Source of the DNA: a virus
Lineage: Duplodnaviria > Heunggongvirae > Uroviricota > Caudoviricetes
Reading direction: 5' to 3' (one strand)
DNA: 5,200 nt
IMG/VR virus record: IMGVR_UViG_2693429524_000010
Shown: positions 1 through 5,200 of the stretch, one piece after another
Position numbering within the stretch: the first letter of the stretch is position 1
Layout of the letters: each line of letters starts with the position of its first letter
The notes under the pieces: generated by a model
The model's database searches: none
The model's input: the letters and a program-made list of their open reading frames with translations, nothing else
Told to the model about the DNA's origin: nothing
Translations under genes and position numbers: made by a program

Positions 1-72
1 ATCCTGACTTTCCAGAACCATACGAATCGCCCGCTGACGGACTTCGGGGGAAAAACGAGTATTTTTAGTCAT
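1..72 (-). CDS. IS3-family transposase OrfA, N-terminal 24 codons (partial, runs off the window)
   Basis: Reverse complement of 1-72 translates [24 protein letters not shown], which matches the N-terminus of IS629-group OrfA proteins as I remember them. A GAGG Shine-Dalgarno sits about 8 nt upstream of the ATG at 70-72. Confidence 0.8.
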   Translation of the reverse strand, partial: MTKNTRFSPEVRQRAIRMVLESQD

Positions 73-126
73 CCTGTTTACCTCTTTCTCAGGGAGTTTA
101 GTCTCCAGGATTTCCGGGGCGGTTCA
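1..126 (-). mobile_element. IS3-family insertion sequence (IS629/IS1203/IS3411-like), orfA-proximal terminus (IRL); element continues leftward out of the window
   Basis: Reverse complement of 73-126 reads TGAACCGCCCCGGAAATCCTGGAGACTAAACTCCCTGAGAAAGAGGTAAACAGG and is followed directly by the transposase ATG. The terminal 13-mer TGAACCGCCCCGG recurs at 5090-5102, consistent with imperfect terminal inverted repeats of one IS type. The family name is from memory of IS3-group sequences, not a database hit. Confidence 0.8.
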
Positions 127-127
127 A

Positions 128-874
128 CCAGCGTCCGTTGCAACGAAGGCTACGCATCTTTCATTTATAAAGGCCCTACTAAGAGCCGCAGAGCGTGAAT
201 GGAAAATGCTGGATAAGGCACCAATTATTAAAGTGCCTCAACCAAAGAATAAACGGATCCGCTGGCTGGAGCCCCATGAAGCACAAAGGCTGATTGATGA
301 ATGTCCGGAGCCATTAAAGTCTGTTGTTGAATTTGCACTGGCAACAGGCTTAAGACGCTCGAACATCATCAACCTTGAATGGCAACAAATAGACATGCAG
401 CGCCGGGTGGCATGGATAAACCCGGAAGAGAGTAAATCAAACCGCGCAATTGGCGTTGCGCTGAATGATACTGCATGTCGCGTTTTGAAAAAACAAATCG
501 GGAATCATCACCGTTGGGTATTTGTGTACAAGGAAAGCTGTACCAAACCAGACGGAACGAAAGCGCCAACAGTAAGGAAGATGCGGTATGACGCAAACAC
601 AGCCTGGAAAGCGGCGCTGAGACGGGCTGGTATTGATGATTTCAGATTTCACGACTTGAGACACACCTGGGCAAGTTGGCTGGTTCAAGCCGGAGTCCCG
701 TTGTCAGTGTTACAGGAAATGGGAGGCTGGGAGTCTATCGAAATGGTTCGTCGATATGCTCACCTTGCACCTAATCACCTTACCGAACACGCACGGCAAA
801 TAGACTCGATCCTGAACCCATCGGTCCCAAATTTGTCCCAATCAAAAAATAAGGAAGGTACTAATGATGTGTAA
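128..874 (+). pseudogene. Phage-type tyrosine recombinase (integrase), 3' fragment; 5' part removed by the IS insertion at 126
   Basis: ORF track 206-874 contains the tyrosine-recombinase catalytic region ([51 protein letters not shown] with R, HxxR and Y). The same frame stays open with no stop back to position 128, immediately next to the IS terminus ([30 protein letters not shown]...). The protein lacks the N-terminal arm-binding and core-binding region that a complete integrase has. Confidence 0.85.
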
Positions 875-1105
875 CTTATTGATTTAAATGGTGCGATAAT
901 AGGAACAATACACATAGGCGATAAGCTTTGTTTTTGTTGCCTTTTTTATTGTTCATTTTTTATAGATACCCCCAAAAGTACCCCCATATCTTTTTCCGCC
1001 CCTGAAATTTGGTTGTTATTCATACAGCATATCAGGCGGTAACGCTCTCCCTTTAACCCACTTATTGTATGATAGTGCTATCCCACAATAAGGAATCAGC
1101 CAGCC

Positions 1106-1465
1106 ATGAGAATGACCAGCCGCAAAAAAGAGATACTTAGCTACTTTGAACCGGATAACCTCGAATGGGTGACTGGTGAGATTGGTGCGCCGCCGTTCGA
1201 TGTGTCGGGTGTGGCCTACCTGCTTCATGGCATGGTGTCGTTCGATAAGCGTCACCAGCTCGAATCAACCCGGCGCACACTGGAAAGCATGGTTGCTGGT
1301 GGACTGCTTGAGCGGGTGACAGTGTATGAATCGCGCCAGATACGGCGCGGCGGTGAGACTAACGCAACGGTCGTGCGTTACGGTTTACCCGGTCATTGTG
1401 CTGTTATGCGCGATACTGGCGGCGCTGATAACGCAATATCAGGTGAATACATGCGGGTCAGTTAA
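1106..1465 (+). CDS. Hypothetical protein (119 aa), function unknown
   Basis: ORF with AGGA about 10 nt upstream of the ATG. GC-rich codon composition similar to neighbouring genes. Its 3' end overlaps the convergent gene 1458-2000 by 8 bp. No family recognised. Confidence 0.45.
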   Translation: MRMTSRKKEILSYFEPDNLEWVTGEIGAPPFDVSGVAYLLHGMVSFDKRHQLESTRRTLESMVAGGLLERVTVYESRQIRRGGETNATVVRYGLPGHCAVMRDTGGADNAISGEYMRVS

Positions 1466-2000
1466 TAGCCTGCAATCTGTCGTTGATGCGGCTCAGGTCG
1501 TAAACCCGGCGTTCAATATCCAGCATCAGGAAATTGTGGATCTCGGCCTGCTCAGGATTATCAGACTCTCTGGCCTGTAATAGCAATTCATTGTAACCAT
1601 GCAAGCCGCCTGAGTTTTCCGCCGGGGTGGTGCCTTTCCCACGCAGGCAGCTAATGGGCTGATTACTCGTATCGTGTGTTTGCTTCTCCAGCACAATGAC
1701 GCAATCCCACCAGTCGCCAAAGTCATACGTGTAAACCAGCTTGTCACCCTCATTCTGGAGCGCCGCCCATAGTGGCGTGATTGCCGCGTTACCCATGCTT
1801 TCATCCTCACCCCATACGCGATACTCGCTACCTGGATCACCTTTACGCCCTTTCTCGAACATATACAGGTGTTCGTCATTCCAGCCAAAAGCTAACTGGA
1901 TCACGGCATGAAGTTTACTAAAGGGGATTTGCTCTGGAACCAGCACACGCCGCCATATAGGTGGTTTGCTGTCTCGGATGGTTATCTTTAGCTGGTACAT
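1458..2000 (-). CDS. Plasmid pRiA4b ORF-3-like family protein (180 aa)
   Basis: The N-terminus MYQLKITIRDSKPPIWRRVLVPEQIPFSKLHAVIQLAFGWNDEHLYMFE and the downstream YTYDFGDWWD motif match what I remember of the pRiA4b ORF-3-like family (Pfam PF07929). AGGA lies about 6 nt upstream of the start on the minus strand. Confidence 0.7.
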   Translation of the reverse strand: MYQLKITIRDSKPPIWRRVLVPEQIPFSKLHAVIQLAFGWNDEHLYMFEKGRKGDPGSEYRVWGEDESMGNAAITPLWAALQNEGDKLVYTYDFGDWWDCVIVLEKQTHDTSNQPISCLRGKGTTPAENSGGLHGYNELLLQARESDNPEQAEIHNFLMLDIERRVYDLSRINDRLQAIN

Positions 2001-2120
2001 GCAAATCCTGAATAAATGCGAATCGGAAGGATAACGATACTGACGTACTCACAATTCTGTAAAGGTGAATAAAGGAAATTTGCTTAATACGCATAAGTTA
2101 CATGTGGAATAATCCCATAT

Positions 2121-2306
2121 CTACCTGCGCGGCGCTGGCTTCTTCCACTGGTAGGCAGGTGCTCGCATCATTTCGCGGAACCTGTCGCGCCGGGCTATAT
2201 CGGCATTAACTGATCGTTCTATCTCCCGTTGATCTGCCTGTGTAAGCTGGTGGCCTCCGTGCTCAAGTTTGGCGATGGTCAATAAGGCTATTTCGCGTGG
2301 TGTCAT
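2121..2306 (-). CDS. Small hypothetical protein (61 aa) with a basic C-terminus
   Basis: ORF with GAGGG about 8 nt upstream of the ATG on the minus strand. The C-terminal tail is lysine/arginine-rich (QWKKPAPRR). No family recognised. Confidence 0.4.
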   Translation of the reverse strand: MTPREIALLTIAKLEHGGHQLTQADQREIERSVNADIARRDRFREMMRAPAYQWKKPAPRR

Positions 2307-2577
2307 ACGTCATACCCTCTGGAAGGATGAAACACGCCCGGATTAAATTTCATTTTTCGCGGGTATAAAAAAACGATGGGGCGGGCAGTCCCGGATAGTC
2401 AGGCCTGTAGAGATTTGACTACCCCCTCCCCACTGGATTCAGGTTACTGCTATTCCGTTAAGCGATGCTTACGGGGATAGCTGCGTTGTGATTTTGACCA
2501 TTCAGGTCGCCGCTATTTCCTCACCGATTGGGTGCTACGCGTGCGCGTACTTGTCCCGAAATACCAGAAACCGCCAG

Positions 2578-2599
2578 CCAGAGGATGATTTCCCTCTGG
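2578..2599 (-). terminator. Candidate hairpin just downstream of the PerC-like stop codon (weak intrinsic terminator)
   Basis: CCAGAGG (2578-2584) and CCTCTGG (2593-2599) form a 7-bp inverted repeat with an 8-nt loop. It is followed on the minus strand by a moderately U-rich run (GGUUUCUGGUAUUUCGG). The stem is short and the U tract interrupted. Confidence 0.25.
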
Positions 2600-2603
2600 T
2601 GGT

Positions 2604-2885
2604 CTACCTTTGCCTCTTGCCGCCATTTAACCGGAAGGCGTTACCGTTCGGTTGCGCTATCCCCATGCGGTGTTGCGTTTCGGTAACAGCTTTATGCAGG
2701 TCGCCAAATTCCTCAACCTTCACGGGCGGGCGCTTCACGTTCTCCAGACACGTTTCACGGCGGCGCTTTATCCATTCCCGATCATCGTCCTCGGTGCATA
2801 ACAGCATGACTTCCATCCATCGTGCGGCAGCTCTCCGGTATAGCCCTTTTGACTCCAGCTCTTCAGCTTTCCTGTCCCTTATCAT
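2604..2885 (-). CDS. PerC-family transcriptional activator (PerC/Pch-like, 93 aa)
   Basis: The N-terminus MIRDRKAEELESKGLYRRAAARWMEVM resembles the conserved start of PerC and the EHEC Pch (PerC homologue) proteins, and the size is typical for the family. GAGAGG lies about 5 nt upstream of the ATG on the minus strand. Confidence 0.75.
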   Translation of the reverse strand: MIRDRKAEELESKGLYRRAAARWMEVMLLCTEDDDREWIKRRRETCLENVKRPPVKVEEFGDLHKAVTETQHRMGIAQPNGNAFRLNGGKRQR

Positions 2886-2921
2886 TTCTGCCTCTCAGAT
2901 TATATAGATAAGCAAAAAGGT

Positions 2922-2948
2922 GTTGGTTCAGTTGGTTCAGTTGGTTCA
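2922..2948 (+). repeat. Three perfect tandem copies of the 9-mer GTTGGTTCA
   Basis: Read directly: GTTGGTTCA at 2922-2930, 2931-2939 and 2940-2948, head to tail with no spacer. Confidence 0.95.
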
Positions 2949-2991
2949 ATTTGTAAAGAGCGTTGTTTTTATTGTGTTTTTTCTAAAATAT

Positions 2992-3021
2992 TGAACCAAC
3001 ATCAACTCATTTTGAACCAAC
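2992..3021 (-). repeat. Two further copies of the same 9-mer in inverted orientation (TGAACCAAC), 12 bp apart
   Basis: TGAACCAAC at 2992-3000 and 3013-3021 is the reverse complement of GTTGGTTCA, giving five copies of the 9-mer within 100 bp. Confidence 0.9.
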
Positions 3022-3220
3022 AAAAAGTGTCCGTGAACTAACACTCTGTCAAATAGTCACTACATATATTAACGGTGAAGACTAAATCCGCCAGCAAATA
3101 GCTTATATAGCACCGCTTTATGCCGCAGTTATGCTGGAACAGTAATCATTTCACAGAACCGCCTAACTACTATATGGCACCTGCTAAAAAGCACATCAGC
3201 CTAGTCAGTTGATCGGTGCA

Positions 3221-3249
3221 TGGATATCCTAACAATTCAACTATATAAC
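3221..3249 (+). promoter_or_regulatory. Candidate sigma-70-like promoter facing the downstream two-gene cassette
   Basis: TGGATA (3221-3226), a 17-bp spacer, then TATAAC (3244-3249) inside a TATATAA stretch. This is a by-eye match to TTGACA-N17-TATAAT and is only weakly supported. Confidence 0.2.
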
Positions 3250-3318
3250 GTGATCTCCCATGTCGATCTACTGTCATGCAATGATTAACAAACACATAGA
3301 CACATCTGCTTGGCGCAT

Positions 3319-3328
3319 TGATTAATCA
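3319..3328. promoter_or_regulatory. Perfect 10-bp palindrome TGATTAATCA, with a related half-site TGATTAA at 3282-3288; possible operator
   Basis: Read directly. It lies 45 bp upstream of the ATG at 3373, in the AT-rich leader of the cassette. Confidence 0.3.
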
Positions 3329-3372
3329 CTGATCATCCATCAGGATATGCGAACCACCGTCACCAGGTTAGG

Positions 3373-4458
3373 ATGATTCTCAAAAGCCACCTGTATTCAA
3401 TGCCTTTGATGGGTTTCATCCATAGTTATTTTCTCGTGACTGACATGGAGATTTTGATTTCAAGGTGTGCAAAAACTATCGCAGAGTACAATGGAGCTCA
3501 AATGACTGTGGCACCAAAAGATCAAAGTTTGAAATCTGTAAGGGTGGGCTTTTACACAAGCTCTGAGAATATTCGCACTAGTAACAAGGGGTTAACCGCA
3601 GAGGCCTTTAAAAATCTGTATGATCGGTGTTCTAAAGACTTCAAGATGACCCACTATGCAGACTTTGGTGAAAGAGAACTTAAAATTCATTTTCTAGACA
3701 TCTCACCCGAGGATGGCTCCTACTTCGGATTCATGTCTCGAAGAAGAAAAAGCGCAACACTGGCATATATTACAGATAAAGAGTGGGTGGAAGAGAAAAT
3801 CCCTCTAGCCGGGGCAAAGACTCTTTCAGAACGTACATACTTTATTTATTATCCTCAGACAGACATTCTAGTATTGTCTTTAAATCATTTAGGTCCACGC
3901 CATAGTGACTTAGCCTTCCTTCTTTTCAACTCCAGTGATCGCGGAGTCCCTGTTTCTTTTGAAGCCATTTGGAAAGAAGAAAGCATCAAAGAACTACTCG
4001 AAACTGGATCCAATCTAAGAAGCTGCGAGATTTCTGTGGCCATCCCAAGAAACTTCAATGCCGCACAGTATCAACTCGATGGAATGTTCGCGAATCAGAT
4101 GATTGAGATGATCAGAGGCACCAGTTCAAGCCACCTGACTATTTCGTTACGCGGACATTCTCCATTAAAAAGAAAAGCAAAGGGATGGCTTGAGGATGAC
4201 GTTAAAAAAAGCCTTAAGGAGATGCTAGAAAAGTTCCCTGGTGGTGATGGTCGTTTAACTTTTGAGAAAGCAAATGTTGTTGCTCAGGGCGATAAAAAGA
4301 AGAAAAGTCTTGTAGACGAAGTTCTTACGGTAAAGAAGATGGTGCCTATCCAAGCAGATGGGTATCCGACCGATACTGACGTTAAAAATGCTATGCTACA
4401 AGCAAAGAATGACAACCTTAGGTATCTAACCCAGTACTATTTGGTTAGTCAAACGTAA
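3373..4458 (+). CDS. Hypothetical soluble protein (361 aa as the longest ORF); candidate sensor component of a two-gene module
   Basis: Long uninterrupted ORF in about 40% GC DNA with no predicted membrane segments beyond the doubtful first 24 residues. Three possible starts: 3373 (AGG then TAGG upstream), 3445 (no clear RBS) or 3502 (GGAG 6 nt upstream, which I favour). Its stop is 12 nt before the next start. No family recognised from sequence. Confidence 0.7.
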   Translation: MILKSHLYSMPLMGFIHSYFLVTDMEILISRCAKTIAEYNGAQMTVAPKDQSLKSVRVGFYTSSENIRTSNKGLTAEAFKNLYDRCSKDFKMTHYADFGERELKIHFLDISPEDGSYFGFMSRRRKSATLAYITDKEWVEEKIPLAGAKTLSERTYFIYYPQTDILVLSLNHLGPRHSDLAFLLFNSSDRGVPVSFEAIWKEESIKELLETGSNLRSCEISVAIPRNFNAAQYQLDGMFANQMIEMIRGTSSSHLTISLRGHSPLKRKAKGWLEDDVKKSLKEMLEKFPGGDGRLTFEKANVVAQGDKKKKSLVDEVLTVKKMVPIQADGYPTDTDVKNAMLQAKNDNLRYLTQYYLVSQT

Positions 4459-4470
4459 CAGGAATACATT

Positions 4471-4908
4471 ATGAGTTCTCGGAAATTGTTTGCTGCCAAG
4501 TCATTGTTTGCTCTAGCTATGGCTATTGCTGGTGCCCATTTTTTACACGACCTAGATCACAATGCTGTCATTTCGGCTGCTGGTGCTCTTTCAACTATTT
4601 CTGGAGTTCTCTTTGGTTTTGTTTTGGCATCAGTCACCATGCTAAGTAGCTTTGATAGTTCAAAGGGAATTGTAGGCGCTCTAAAAAGTAACGGAGTACT
4701 AAAAGGCATTATTGAGGGGCTTTTTGATACAGGAACTACGCTGATCACAGCCTGCCTATTAGCAATGATCTCGATGTTTGCCCCTGTTGTCAGCAATCTG
4801 CCTCTGGATTATTATGCCCTGCTACTCGCAGGGGCATATTTGATTATATCAATGATAACTTTTTTCTTTAACTGGAAATCTTTATCTAAAATAATAAGTT
4901 ACATATGA
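4471..4908 (+). CDS. Small integral membrane protein (145 aa) with four predicted transmembrane helices; candidate effector
   Basis: Four hydrophobic stretches of about 20 residues each, at roughly residues 6-25, 36-60, 87-107 and 112-133, with an amphipathic loop between helices 2 and 3. AGGA lies 7 nt upstream of the ATG, and the gene starts 12 nt after the upstream stop, suggesting co-transcription. Confidence 0.75.
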   Translation: MSSRKLFAAKSLFALAMAIAGAHFLHDLDHNAVISAAGALSTISGVLFGFVLASVTMLSSFDSSKGIVGALKSNGVLKGIIEGLFDTGTTLITACLLAMISMFAPVVSNLPLDYYALLLAGAYLIISMITFFFNWKSLSKIISYI

Positions 4909-5028
4909 TAAATATTTCAAAATGAGTCCCCCTGCTACGGATAGTCCTTGGCTTAAAAAATACCGTCACCGCTGAATACCCACACAGTGCCCCCATCCAT
5001 TTAGTTGGCATAATGTATTCAACTGATT

Positions 5029-5048
5029 GAGGAATGGCTCCTCTTTTA
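5029..5048 (+). terminator. Weak candidate intrinsic terminator downstream of the cassette
   Basis: GAGGA (5029-5033), loop ATGGC, then TCCTC (5039-5043) followed by TTTTA. The stem is only 5 bp, so this is marginal. Confidence 0.2.
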
Positions 5049-5089
5049 CTACCAAACGGCCATCGCTGGCGCATTCATCCGCTGGTAGT

Positions 5090-5200
5090 TGAACCGCCCC
5101 GGGTTTCCTGGAGAGTGTTTTATCTGTGAACTCAGGCTGCCAGATCATCGTTTCCGATGGAAGCATAATAAGCTTTTTCTGCTTCTGCCGGAGGAGTATG
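5090..5200 (-). mobile_element. IS3-family insertion sequence (same type as at 1-126), orfB-proximal terminus (IRR); element continues rightward out of the window
   Basis: 5090-5134 reads TGAACCGCCCCGGGTTTCCTGGAGAGTGTTTTATCTGTGAACTCA. Its first 13 nt are identical to the inverted terminus at 114-126 and are followed by a similar TCCTGGAGA block, as expected for IRR versus IRL of one element. Confidence 0.75.
5132..5200 (-). CDS. IS3-family transposase OrfB, C-terminal 22 codons plus stop (partial, runs off the window)
   Basis: Reverse complement of 5135-5200 translates HTPPAEAEKAYYASIGNDDLAA, followed by a TGA stop at 5132-5134, just inside the terminal repeat. That placement is typical of IS3-family orfB; identity is inferred from position, not from a recognised motif. 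Confidence 0.55.
   Translation of the reverse strand, partial: HTPPAEAEKAYYASIGNDDLAA

Noticed and set aside
369-688. Two minus-strand ORFs (75 and 83 aa) inside the integrase fragment
   Set aside because: Both are antisense to a recognisable tyrosine-recombinase catalytic domain and have no family features or convincing RBS.
875-1105. Attachment site or tRNA gene next to the integrase
   Set aside because: No cloverleaf-like structure or tRNA-like sequence was found by eye in this intergenic region, and with the integrase 5' end replaced by an IS the original att site probably lies outside the window.
1016-1580. ORFs 1016-1255 (-) and 1326-1580 (+)
   Set aside because: They overlap the better-supported genes 1106-1465 and 1458-2000 in other frames or strands, with no recognisable features. 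They are most likely spurious, though the whole 1000-1600 region deserves a conservation check.
1526-1888. 120-aa ORF on the - strand in an alternative frame
   Set aside because: It overlaps the pRiA4b ORF-3-like gene on the same strand in another frame, and its arginine-rich composition is typical of an out-of-frame read of GC-rich coding DNA.
2488-2907. 139-aa ORF on the + strand
   Set aside because: It lies entirely antisense to the PerC-like gene (2604-2885, -), which has a recognisable family signature and RBS. The + strand product is low-complexity (serine/arginine-rich) and looks like a shadow ORF.
2922-3021. Possible CRISPR array
   Set aside because: The repeat unit is only 9 bp, the three tandem copies have no spacers, and two copies are inverted. 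The structure is iteron or binding-site-like, not CRISPR.
4557-4796. 79-aa ORF on the - strand
   Set aside because: It is antisense to the four-helix membrane protein gene and is most likely a shadow ORF.
4886-5166. ORFs 4886-5074 (-) and 4966-5166 (-)
   Set aside because: The second crosses the IS terminus at 5090 in a frame different from the transposase OrfB C-terminus, so it cannot be a gene of either unit. The first has no RBS or family features.
1-5200. Classic composite transposon formed by the two IS copies
   Set aside because: The two copies are in direct, not inverted, orientation and the flanking bases do not match as target-site duplications. A translocatable unit by recombination is possible, but a composite transposon is not supported.

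Overview
This window looks like a piece of a horizontally acquired E. coli-type island or degraded prophage, bracketed by two IS3-family insertion sequence ends in the same orientation. All calls rest on reading the sequence and ORF track by eye; no searches were run, and family names are from memory. From left to right: (1) an IS3-family end at 1-126, minus strand, with the first 24 codons of the transposase OrfA; (2) the 3' two-thirds of a phage-type tyrosine integrase (128-874, +), whose 5' part was removed by the IS; (3) four cargo genes at about 50-55% GC: a hypothetical protein (1106-1465, +), a pRiA4b ORF-3-like protein (1458-2000, -), a small basic protein (2121-2306, -) and a PerC/Pch-family regulator (2604-2885, -); (4) an intergenic region (2886-3372) with five copies of the 9-mer GTTGGTTCA and a 10-bp palindrome; (5) an AT-rich (about 40-43% GC) two-gene cassette, a 361-aa soluble protein (3373-4458, +) followed 12 nt later by a 145-aa protein with four predicted transmembrane helices (4471-4908, +); (6) a second IS3-family end at 5090-5200, minus strand. 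The two-gene cassette is the most interesting candidate: its layout matches a sensor plus small membrane effector phage-defence module of the lambda RexA/RexB type, but this is an inference from architecture and context, not demonstrated homology.
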